DNA of 63,196 nt, the filler included, from Intoshia linei (lineage: Eukaryota; Animalia; Orthonectida), in the NCBI GenBank assembly GCA_001642005.1. It is 7 parts of 7 records of this genome, joined end to end, with 100 filler letters (N's around TTAATTAATTAA, not from the genome) between each part and the next. Parts side by side here need not be neighbours in the genome. Positions count along the whole stretch, not along the records: positions 31,189 to 44,805 come from LWCA01001005.1; positions 44,906 to 53,391 come from LWCA01001452.1; positions 53,492 to 58,653 come from LWCA01001820.1; 4 more parts are not named here. One strand, 5' to 3'. The notes beneath the pieces are model-generated. The model was not told the origin of the DNA. It saw only the letters and a program-made list of their open reading frames with translations, and searched no databases. How positions within the stretch are numbered: the stretch's first letter is position 1; the number at the start of each line of letters is the position of its first letter. The translations under genes and the position numbers were made by a program. This document shows, in pieces, positions 42,910 to 54,131 of this stretch.

Positions 42910-44805
42910 TGTAATGTTTTGAGGTTTGAAGGTCTTTAGATTTATCAGCAAAACTTATTTATTAATTTTGAAACAATTTACGTACAATGTTTAATCCAAA
43001 ATTATAAAGTAAGCGACAACTACGCTATAACAACTAACTGGTACAACACTACACCTTCCAACTCGATTTCCAGGGCACCAAGGCACGGCTACTCTCCAAT
43101 TTCGTACGGCCTCTTGATTCAACTGCAACTCCATTGGGCACCAAGGCGCGGCTACTCACCAACTGACTGGTATTTTTAACGACTTTTCATGTCGACAAGT
43201 TTAATCACGTTTGGGTAAGTTATTTTAACGACTTAGGTTGGTAGGTAGAGTCGACAAGTTTACTAACATTTAGGTCATTTGGTAGTTTTTAAGACTTTCC
43301 AGTTTCATTGGTAGTTTTAAGACTTTTCGATCATAATTGGTAGTTTTAAGACTTTCTGGTCCCATTCTCAACTAATATCTATAGTGTCAGCTGATCTATG
43401 CAACTGTATGTCTGACCATGCTATAATTTTAAATGTCCAAAACAACCGTCTAAAATAAAAAATTGATTTCTCTATATCGAAATTATTAATTTCCAACAAC
43501 CGCACTGGTTAGGCCTTCAACTGCTTATAATATCTAAGATCATCAAATTGTGACAATGTTAAATATAAACACATTTTTTCAACTACATCTATTTTCATAA
43601 AAGCAAATTCTCGTTTCAACTCATCCAAACTAAAATCAACATTTTTATTTGTAAAGACGCAACTCTTATCAACTCAACATTTTTTTCGTTTTAAAAATTT
43701 ACATCTTGTCGACAACGTATGTATATTTGGGTTATCCAACTCAGTCATCAAATTTTTTTGGTAAAAACCTTTTTCTTTTACCTGAGACTGTTTTAACTGG
43801 TACTACTTCAGTATCTGAGTTCAATTTATTATCCTCAACAACTAATGGATCAACATCCGTCGATAATTTCCAAAACCGATTATTTTTATCCAACTTACTA
43901 GTTCTCGGTTCAACTTTTTCAAATTCTGAATACAACTAATTACTTTTTGGAACCGTTTTTTTATTTTTATATTTTATATTTATATATTTTTAAACACCCG
44001 AATCAACCGTTCAACTCCTCCAACACCTTCATATTGATATGCCCAAGTTTCTGTTTTAATCACACCCATTTTGTTACATAAACATAGTAACAACTCACTC
44101 TCGAACTGCGTTCCACGATCCGTGTGAATACGGTCTGGTACCCCAAATCGAGAAATCAACTCATCATATATCACGCGAGAAATCGTTTTCGCCGATATAT
44201 CACCTAATGGAAACATTTCTGGATATTTAGTATATACATCAACCATAACCACCACATACTTATTCCCATCCAAACTCTCATGAAATGGCCTGCAATATCT
44301 AACTGCCACAGTTCATTTATTTTTGTGGTTACAACTGGTCTCAATTCATTCACATGTTTCCGACGCCAATCTTTATTTTCCTTACAACTCAAACAACAAC
44401 TCACATAAAATTTTACATCATTAACAAACCCAGGCCAGTAAAATTTACGACTCACCAAATCAACTAATTTCACCGTTCCAACATTCATACCCCAAAACCC
44501 TTATGCAATTCCTGCATTAACTCCAATCTTTTACCAACAGGCACCAATGTCAACAACTTCTGATCTCTACGATACACAATAACCCCATTTTCTAATCTGA
44601 ACCTATTTCGAATATTCCAATATACCGAATCAACTTTTGACCCATAATCCCCTCGACTCACCTTTTCTAGATAAATTTACATCAACTTACAATTACTATC
44701 TTCCAACTGGACCTCCTTAATTTTCAATTTGTCATCCTCACCAATTACCACGTTCAACCTTGACAACGCATCCGCACTCAAATTAAATTTCCCAGGTCTG
44801 TACTG
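42910..44805 (-). mobile_element. Ty3/Gypsy retrotransposon 3' half (RNase H end, integrase, extra 3' region, PPT, 144-bp LTR)
   Basis: YRPGKFNLSADALSR; FYWPG..CLSC zinc finger; LWQLDIAG..VDVYTKYPE..HTDRGTQFES..GGVERL; GKRKRFLPKKFDD; GAGTTGGAAGG|TGTAG at 43053 through TTACA at 42910. Confidence 0.92.
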
Positions 44806-44905
44806 NNNNNNNNNNNNNNNNNNNNNNNNNNNNNNNNNNNNNNNNNNNNTTAATTAATTAANNNNNNNNNNNNNNNNNNNNNNNNNNNNNNNNNNNNNNN
44901 NNNNN

Positions 44906-45010
44906 ATCAAAGGAACATGACCACATTATACTGGAAATGTGTAAGTTCTGGTTGTAAAGTTAGAATCACATCCAATCATGATCTTGAAATAACAATTCAT
45001 GCAAATAATA
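44906..45010 (+). mobile_element. FLYWCH zinc-finger fragment, probably from a Mutator/MULE transposase
   Basis: Encodes TTLYWKCVSSGCKVRITSN. Confidence 0.6.
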
Positions 45011-46097
45011 TCAACTCTATATAAATATAAAATTTAAATATAATTATCGACAAATGTGCAATTAAGAATTATTATGATACAATTATCATGAAAAAAAATT
45101 TCATGAATATATTGTAAAAAATTAATTTAATTTGTGCTTCTTAAAAATGACTTGAAAGTTATTTTAACAAAAAATATCTAATAAATTTTGGTATATTATG
45201 GAATCTCTGTATTGACCATATTTATTGCAAACATGACTTCATTCAATGCAAACATGACTTTATTTTTGCAAACATGACTAACAAGATCGTGAATGTCTTG
45301 TATTTGAATGAATTTATTATATTGTAAATAACCAGAATTCGAGAAATTAAATCGTTAATAAAATCCAAACAAATTGAGCTAGAAACAAGTTTAAAAAAAT
45401 AAACTGTATAACTAAACATGGAGAACAGTATTATAAAGGCGATACCACGTTTAAAAGCTCAAACGCCGATTTCCGTTAAAATAAAGTTCAGTTTTAATTT
45501 CTTCATAATATTTATAGTGAAATATTTAAAATTTAAATTTTTGATTGCGAATTAGTTTTTCTATTTTAAAAATACACACTTTTAGTGCTAATTGCCCATC
45601 AAATTCTAAAATTTTTCAATAATTGTGACACCCTACAGTGCATTCACCTTTTCTGGAATAGTAATAAATATAATCGATTGATGTTAACTAAAATTCAACA
45701 CAACAAATTTTATTATGTTTGTAAAAGAATTTTTTTAGAATCGTGATTTTATGTAAGGTTAAAACCGGTTGAACTGATTGCCAATTTAGTAATAAGTTAT
45801 TTATTGTATGAAACTTACAAATATCACGATTTTCGGTACAACAAATGTGGTCATTATTAAAAATATGTTATCAAAAGAAATTCCGATTCTTAAAATAAAT
45901 ATTTAATTTTAATTTTCGTCTGTTTCATTATTCAATTTTATGAATTTAAAATTTATTTACAAAAATGTTAACTAATTGATTTTTGTAATTCCAGTGTAAT
46001 TTCAAGAACTTGTCAAAATTTGATCAGATAAACAAAACCATATAAATAATTAATTAACTAAACAATATATTCTCCAACAATATTTGTTAGAAACCTA

Positions 46098-46580
46098 TCC
46101 TAACTTATATAATATGCTACGCTATTTTTGTTTGTGTGTGTTCCACTTTATTGAAATAACTACCAGTCTTAGAATTTTATAAACTCCACATTTCAATTAC
46201 AGTTTTTCAGGAGGTGATAATACAATAAATTTCAACCTCCCAAACTCACATCTTACGGGTCAAAAACCCCAATTGTCCTTTTTTTGAAAATCAAACGAGT
46301 TAGAGAATTTAAAAATATTTAAAAGATTTACTATATTTGTCAAGAATTTTCTCATTGACTTTACTCTTTACATAATTTCTAGGATAGTTTTTAAAATCAT
46401 CAACATTATCATAAATGGAAACCTCAAAAAAGATAATTTTCACAATCAAAACCCCACATTACCTATTTTTTTTTAAAATGAAAACGTCCCTATAATTTAA
46501 AAAAAATTACGGATGGTACAATTGTATCCTGTTAACACTCACAAAAAAATCTAATCTGAATAAGTGACGCTTTCACGGTT
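46098..46580 (+). mobile_element. Helitron-like family copy, 3' truncated
   Basis: A|TCCTAACTTATATAATATGCTACG start; colinear with the other copies. Confidence 0.72.
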
Positions 46581-46599
46581 AAAAAAAAAATATTAAAAA

Positions 46600-46825
46600 T
46601 AAAAAAAAATTTTTAATTAAAATAACGTTTCCCAATTTTCCATATAATCGGTCGGACCGTGGGGCGCAAATTTTTGTCAACACTAAGGTTTGATGTTTTT
46701 AATAATTAAAAAATTTTAAAAATGAGACTGGTCATAAAAATTGCTTAAAAACATAACAATTAATAATGAAAGAGAAATAATGGCAACTAAAATATATAAT
46801 GAAAATTAGGATATGAGGCACTTTA
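46600..46825 (+). repeat. Dispersed ~220-bp repeat, second copy at 48360-48568
   Basis: Shared CCATATAATCGGTC.GACCGTGGGGCGCAAATTTT..GAGACTGGTCATAAAA..TTAGGATATGAGG. Confidence 0.85.
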
Positions 46826-48981
46826 AAAATATTTCAATATTGATTTCTGTAAATTGACTTCAATTAACATCAAATTGCGTATTTGCTTGCCAGATTCGAT
46901 ACGGGCCATTTGCCATTTTATAAATAAAAGTACTCCATGTTAATTCTGTCTTTTGTTATTTCATAATTTAAATCATTAATTTTTAGAGAACGTATACAAT
47001 ATGACAATGTCGTCCATGAAAAATTATAATAAAAATTTTCACTGTAAATGTTTTAACTGAATTTTATTTAAAATATAGTATTTCATGGAATATTTTAAAA
47101 TTACCAAATAAAAAGTTTTTCATGTCGACAATAATATTCTCATTGGCAATGATTTTAATTTTTAGGTTCATTTACGTATTTTGTAATTTACAATTTATAA
47201 TAATGTTGATATTGTAATGTATAGTAGCAAGTTTCATGCAAAATAGAGGCAATTCTATACAAAATAATATTCTCTCCACCACACCTAGCATAATCAATTA
47301 TAATAATGCTAAAAACGTTAGACAGGACAGTTCCATCACTAATTTCATTGAAATGTGGTCATCTGTTTTATACATTTTAAAATGCCAAAACCTCATTAAA
47401 GTGCAAATTGAAGCTCCATTTAATAATTTATGGTAAATTCAATTCAAAATAAAATTTTTTAATCATGTCAAATACAATGAAATCATTTATTCATTTATCC
47501 GGCATCCATTTGATTTTTCAAATTACTTTTGGACTGCGTTAATTTTTAAATTTAATTTTGTAAATTATTTTAGACTGCGTTATTTTAGTATTTTTAATAA
47601 AAAAAGAAATAATTAAATATTATGTCTACAAGTTAAACTTGAATGGTTTATAAATTAACTTGTAGGTAAATTTTTCCAAATAAATATTATCAAGATTGGT
47701 GTATAATGATTACAAAAAATAATGAATATTTAGTTCAAATTTGTCACGGTATGAATTAATCTTTTTTTGTATCATTTTATAATTATTTTTATATTAATAA
47801 TTCTTTTAAGTAATTAAAAAATTAAAAAAGAACAAATATACTAATTTTAAAGTATCTCTAAAATATCATACCGTTAATTGCAATTGCAATTTAATTAATT
47901 TCGATTTATCGAATCGATATAATAGATTCAAATTTGAAAAAACCGATAGAAATACAAAAAATCTTCATTTGTCTCTAGAGAATTTAAAAAAAAATCTTTT
48001 CAATTTCAACCTGATTTTAAGTTGACACATGAAACTCAATTTCGTATCCATAAAAGAGGTTCAATTATTTTTTATCGTTTTATTGTTTCTTAGATTCTGA
48101 TCCAAATTTTTATGAAAATACAAGTTAAAAAAAATTTGAATTGTTCCGACAATTGTTATTCCGGTAATGTATCATTTATAATATTTATATTGGGATTATC
48201 AATGGATTGGGTTCATCAGTTTAAATTTCATGTCAATCAGTTAATTTATTAATGATGGGAACGTTTCGATTAAATCAAAGTACTAAGATTTAGGACTTGC
48301 AGAAATAAAAACTTACATTTTTATGAATTCGCTACACAATCAAAAATTGTGAAATATTAAGAATAAAAAAAAATTTTAATTTAAATTACGTTTTCCAATT
48401 TTCCATATAATCGGTCCGACCGTGGGGCGCAAATTTTTTTCAACACTAAGGTTTAACTTTATAATAAATTAAAAAATGAGACTGGTCATAAAATTTGATT
48501 AAAAACATAATTAAAAGAGAAATAATGGAGACTAAAATGTATAATGAAAATTAGGATATGAGGAACTTCAATTGTGATAGTGGTTCATGCTCCTTCGACT
48601 TCAAAGAAATCTTCCAATCCTGGTAATTTTTCTGTTTCTGTCAACTTCCCCATGTTATATCACATTGATACGTCACCGATAGGATTTGCATTTAATCCGA
48701 CTTTTTTTTCATTTTTGAACTTTTTACTTGCATTTGACCATAAATATTAAAAAAAATTTAAAAAAAAGTAGCGTAATCGGGTGTATAAACTCATAAAAAT
48801 GAAGTTATAAATACATTCAGCAACGAGATAATGATATTAAGTACTAGCAGTAATTTCAATAGCATACTAGTAAAAACTTATATACTAAATATTATTTTTC
48901 ATGTAGAAAATAAATTAACATAATATATTCATTCTAAAGTGAATTGAGTTTAACGATAGTTACTCTAATGTTGCTCTATCG

Positions 48982-49409
48982 TTACTCCTCCCCCTTTAAT
49001 TTTTTTTGTTCAGCGTACTTTTCTGCAAATTTAATGCGCAGGTTGTCGTGAATCATGGAAATTATGTTGTCGCTGTACCTATTTGACATGTCAATACCGC
49101 AGGTGGCACATAAATCATTAGCGACAATTTCATGCGGAAATTCTTTCATGATTGCGATAGCTTCTAAAGGAGAATAAGAGTCGCCATTTTTTTTTAACAT
49201 TTTGGTAATGATGCAATTTTTTTGATTCAATGTTTAGAAATTTTTTATCGCCTTTAGTGTTCATTGTAGTAGCTATTGTTCGCCCCTTTTTAAAATAGTC
49301 CATATATTTAGTTATTGAAATGTATTATCCATCCTGATTCTTCCGAAAACTTTTCCACGTCCGCCTTTTCGGTGTATTTTGCATATAAATTTTGAAAATT
49401 TTTATCCAT
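48982..49409 (-). pseudogene. CTDP1: FCP1/CTDP1 (RNA polymerase II CTD phosphatase) N-terminal fragment
   Basis: EFPHEIVANDLCATCGIDM..IISMIHDNLRIKFAEKYAEQ resembles FCP1 CSHPVVMKGLCAECGQDL..VSMVH; frameshifted upstream and stops before the DLDQT catalytic motif. Confidence 0.7.
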
Positions 49410-49699
49410 TATTAAAATATTGAAATATAATTAAAATATCAATGTTTATAAATTACATGAAAAATGTAAATTAAAAAGTTTATGAAAATAACAGTTTCTG
49501 GTGAGAAATCTGGTTTTTTTATTTAAACTTTTGCCCATGTTACTTATCACTTTAAAACCACCGATAGGATCGCATTGAATCGGACTTTCTTTTTATTTTT
49601 GAACTTTTTATTTGAATTTGACCATAAATATTAAAAAAATTTTCCGATGTGATAGGAAAATATTTTAGTATCTGGCTATTTTTACATTTGTTATGCCCC

Positions 49700-50160
49700 T
49701 CATATATTATCATACATTGGGTAGTTCTGATGTGATTGATTCATCACCTTCAATAACACTGATAGGCTGATTATCATGAGATTTAGATTTTATATTGGCT
49801 GGTGGATGGTTTAAAATTATGAGTCCTAACAATTTTCCAGAATTTAACCCAATTATATTCTCTGTATCAGTAATGTAGAATACGTGATAATTTTCATCGT
49901 AGTTTCATGTTTATGGACCCATAGCAGTAAAGATGGCTACCGTCTGGACCTTTGAGTGACATATTTGATTTTATTATTTCATTCACATTTCTATGTTTAT
50001 ACAGTTTATGGCTGCACCTGTGTCAAAGAGGAATTTTCTTCCATTAATCATTACAGTGATGTTTGTTTTGGCTAAGCTATATATGATTAATCTTGTAGTC
50101 ATATATATAGTCAGTTGAGTAGTGTTTTAATTAACTGGTGTATTGTCTATGTATGTTTGT
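49700..50160 (-). mobile_element. Retrotransposon aspartic protease remnant
   Basis: INGRKFLFDTGAAINCI (DTGA at 50013-50024) and downstream VFYITDTENIIGL. Confidence 0.8.
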
Positions 50161-50162
50161 TG

Positions 50163-50854
50163 TTAAATGTCCATACGAGTTTGTCTATCTGAGCTGATAG
50201 TATCCGCATTTCTTTCGTTACCTGCCAAATCAATTAATGAGAAAACACTATATAATTTGCGTGATGTTTTTCTAAGTAAAATGAATTGAAAAATGGCATG
50301 AGATCTTGAACTGTTTAGATTAGTAGAGGTTTGACCAGAATTTCTAATACGTGATCCAGTCGCTATTAGGTTTTTTGCATCGTCAACATTCTTTAAATAA
50401 GTTTCTCTTAGACGAAGCAATTGCATACAACCTCTCCCGACTTTAAGGATTCGGAGTTTGTTTCTATTATTTAACAAGTCAAACACCTTTCCACCATAAA
50501 TTTTAAAATATGCTCCTCCAGTCATAAATTCGGCGCACTGAGGACGTGGCTTGAGCCATTCAAATAAATCTTTAGCGGCATACGTATAAATACCATCCTC
50601 CTCAAAAACTTGATTTTTTTTATTGAATTTACCATTCCTTGTATGAGTTTTACCACTACCTGTCTGCCCATAAGCAAAACAAGTAGCTGTACCTCCATTA
50701 AAAAGAACATTTAAGAATGGTTTTGCGGTATAATTGTAAATTAATTGTTTATTAAATTTGTAATTTCTAAAATGTTAACTAGTTCAACCTCCTTTCCTTT
50801 TGTTTCACCAGATTCAATCGATTCGACGGTAACGTACTCGTCAGCTATATTCAT
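50163..50854 (-). pseudogene. KIF2: Kinesin-13 (KIF2/MCAK family) intronless, internally deleted fragment
   Basis: N-terminal VTVESIESGETKGKEVEL; P-loop ATCFAYGQTGSGKTHT; NSSRSHAIFQ; FSLIDLAGNERNADTISSDRQTR; frameshift near 50700; truncated just after switch II. Confidence 0.9.
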
Positions 50855-51222
50855 GCTTCTCTGACTTCAAAGAAGTCTTCCAGTCCTAGTGATGTTTCTG
50901 TTTTTCCTATTTTATGAAATAATGACTTTGTTTGGCATTTACAAATAGGGCAGAGGTAGCGTCAACAGGTTTGATCACAGAAAAATATTGCTTGGTTTGA
51001 TATTTTTGAAACACGTCACTCATTTGACACAAAACTTACTTTTGTGTTAATTTAGATTTCTTATAAGTGTACCCACATAATTGTTCATTGTTTATCGGCC
51101 GGACCTGTCCAATTGTGATAGTGGTTCATGCTCCTTCGACTTCAAATAAGTCTTCCAGTCCTAGTGATGTTTCTGTTTTTCCTATTTTATTTATTTCTAC
51201 TATAAAAATTTTTTAATTTGAG

Positions 51223-53090
51223 TTAACAATCTTTTAATCTTTGATTCAATGGAGTAATTATAATTGTAATATGGATTAATGGATTGTGAGGAATGAAGTT
51301 TGCGGTATGATTTAAGTTATATTTTTTAGCACACTTATCGTGGTTGCGTTTCATACGCTCTAAATATTTATTCAAATGTATTGAATGTGCAGCCTCGTTG
51401 AACCTTGGACAATTAGTATTAATCAGTTCAATTAGGGCTAGTTGATTTCTTTCACTAGGAGACAATATTATACATTCTATAATGTTATTTACGGCCAGAT
51501 CCCATTCGTTTTCATTCTTGCAAGTTAATCTTAATTTTTCGCGTATAGTATGATTAATTCTCTCAACTTTTCCGTTTTCCTGGTGGCGGTATTCAGTAAC
51601 CATAAATTAATTCCAAAATTCATGCATAATTTATATATTACATTAGATTCAAATTGCCTACCTCTGTCCGTATTTATCCTATGTGGCGGACCATATATAC
51701 AAATTATATTACAGTAAATAACTTCTGAAATTGTTTCGGCATCTATTTTGTTTACAGCAGAAGATTCACCGTAACCACTGAAATGATCTACCATGTTGAC
51801 CAAATATTTGTTACAGTGGGCGGTATAATGCATGGATCCCATGATGTCAATTTGCCAAAGATCGTTAAACTTTGTAACTTGAACTGGTTTCATCGGTGAA
51901 TTTCTTCCAAGATTTCTGATATTTTAAAAACTACATTTATCACATTTAGAAAGGGATTCTTGAATTAGTTTCATTAAATATTTACAGTGAAATTGTTTTC
52001 GCAATATACATTTTATTTGTTCCTGGATGACAAAATAATGAATTAAGATGGAGTTTCTCTATTTTACTTAATGTTGTACTGCTTAGAAGGATAGGAACAA
52101 TGTAATGTTTTCTTCTGAGGTAAAGTATGTTGTTTTAAACTGACAGTGGTGTAGCGTGACTTTTTTCATAAGGTGTTCGGGAATGGTTCCTTGGTAACAT
52201 TTTTAAATAAAGTTAAAATAAATACCGAAATATAAAGAAATGTTCATAAGTAGCGAATACAGAAAATTTGAAAACCACTTCTATAAAGTATGCTTGAAAG
52301 ATAACTTGTATATGAATTTAATTTGTTTCATTCTTGTAAATAAAATTTTTGACCAATTAGAAATAGAATACTGTATTTAAATTAAAGTCTAAATCTATAT
52401 CTAAGTGTAAGTTTTTCATTTATTTGCAACACCCTTGAGTAAAATTTGACAATGTAAATCTCTATAAAAAATATTTCCATATTATAAATGTTAGCAAAAG
52501 ATGTATCACTAGATACTATGAAACTGTGTTAGCTACATTTTCAAGACACCTTCAGTATAATATTAAAATCTCTATAGAAAATAATTAAACAATGAAAACA
52601 TCGCAATAATGAAAGTATAGTGTTAAGTCTAAATCTATATCTAAGTGCAAGGTGTTCATTTTATTTTCAACACACCTCGAGTAAAATTTGAAAATGTAAA
52701 TCTTTATAGAAAATACTTCCATATTATAAATGTTAGGATCCGTTTCATTTAAGTAACTAGTTAACACTTTATTTATAATTAATATTGTATTAATTGATTA
52801 TTAATCAGGGGTGCACAGTCATTAACATCAATATTTGGGGGTGCATAGGTCAAAAAAGGTTAAGAACCACTGGTCTAGGGTGTTCGGCGAACGCCTTGCA
52901 CACTATGACGCTACGCCACTGTAAACTGAAAGTTTGTTTTCCAGTTTACACAAATAGTTTTTTCTAGGTATGTGTTTATCTGCAGTTGTATGTTTTATGG
53001 CCTCGGTTATGCTACCATCGTTTTTCTGTTCATTTACTTTATTACATTTACATTTCGATTTATTATATCTGGATAATGATAAGTTATTTA
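51223..53090 (-). mobile_element. Ty3/Gypsy integrase remnant, split by a MITE
   Basis: MKPVQVTKFNDLWQIDIMG..VDHFSGY..NTDRGRQFES..YRHQENGKVERINHTI, frameshifted. Confidence 0.9.
52144..52921. mobile_element. hAT-type MITE with a perfect 8-bp TSD
   Basis: Ends CAGTGGTGTAGCGT and ACGCTACGCCACTG; TAAACTGA at both 52136-52143 and 52922-52929; internal ~115-bp duplication and a second hAT-like end at 52806-52872. Confidence 0.9.
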
Positions 53091-53317
53091 CACTTCCAGT
53101 TAAGGAGAAATTCGATAGACTCTGAGTTAGTTACTCACTTTTTATTTATTATCTAATTAAAATAATTATCTTGTATTATTTTAAAAGTATAGTTAGTTTT
53201 AATTTAATTTTTAATTCATATTATCAACAATTTTAATTAATTTTCGCATTTTAAATCAGGTAATTCAAATGCAAATAACTGTATATTTTATTTTAGATTA
53301 TTTATATATTTATTCAA

Positions 53318-53391
53318 TATGAGTAATAAAAAAAAATGTAGATATTCAATTGATTACTTAAAATATGGTGTAATTGCCTCTGAAATCAATG
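53318..53391 (+). mobile_element. Charlie-type hAT transposase start, cut by gap
   Basis: MSNKKKCRYSIDYLKYG resembles the RxYxxxYLKxGF start; a hAT-like right end (TTGAAGACCCCTG) follows the gap near 53530-53542. Confidence 0.55.
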
Positions 53392-54131
53392 NNNNNNNNN
53401 NNNNNNNNNNNNNNNNNNNNNNNNNNNNNNNNNNNTTAATTAATTAANNNNNNNNNNNNNNNNNNNNNNNNNNNNNNNNNNNNNNNNNNNNCACCCCCCA
53501 CCCCCCCCTCAGGGGGCGGTACCGCACTCTTGAAGACCCCTGATTTAGAATATAGACGAGAATTACACTCTAAAATACTTAAAGAATTTGCCATCAAACC
53601 AAAATTATTAGAATGTATGTATAAATAAAAATTAAAGATAAGTCGACTATTGTTGCATACGATTTAAACTTGTTATTTTGAAGAACATGTGTCGACTATT
53701 AAAAATAACACATTAGTTATATATAACTAAGACATAGAGATTTACTCACCACTGAAAGCTATCATGTTTAGTTTAAAATTAAGATAATTATCGCCCCATA
53801 AAATATTAGAACAGTTTTATCAAAGCAATTTTAATTGAACTACAATTGACTCATAATTTACAATTAACTGTAAATTAATGTATAAATTGAGTTTATCAAT
53901 GTCATATGAAATTTGAGCATAAAAAAGTAATGAATGACAATTGATGAACGAGATTGTAAATTAATAATGTAATAAATCACCGACGATAAATCTCAAATAT
54001 TGCAGACACTCATTGTATAATATTTAATTATTTAGTACATGATTTTATTTTAAAAAATGTTAAAATATCTTTAGCAATATCAAAAATAAACATGTTTATA
54101 TATTGTCCCATATTGATAAATTGAAATATAG

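Noticed and set aside
47236-47510. Coding-like island
   Set aside because: No recognisable motif on either strand and multiple stops
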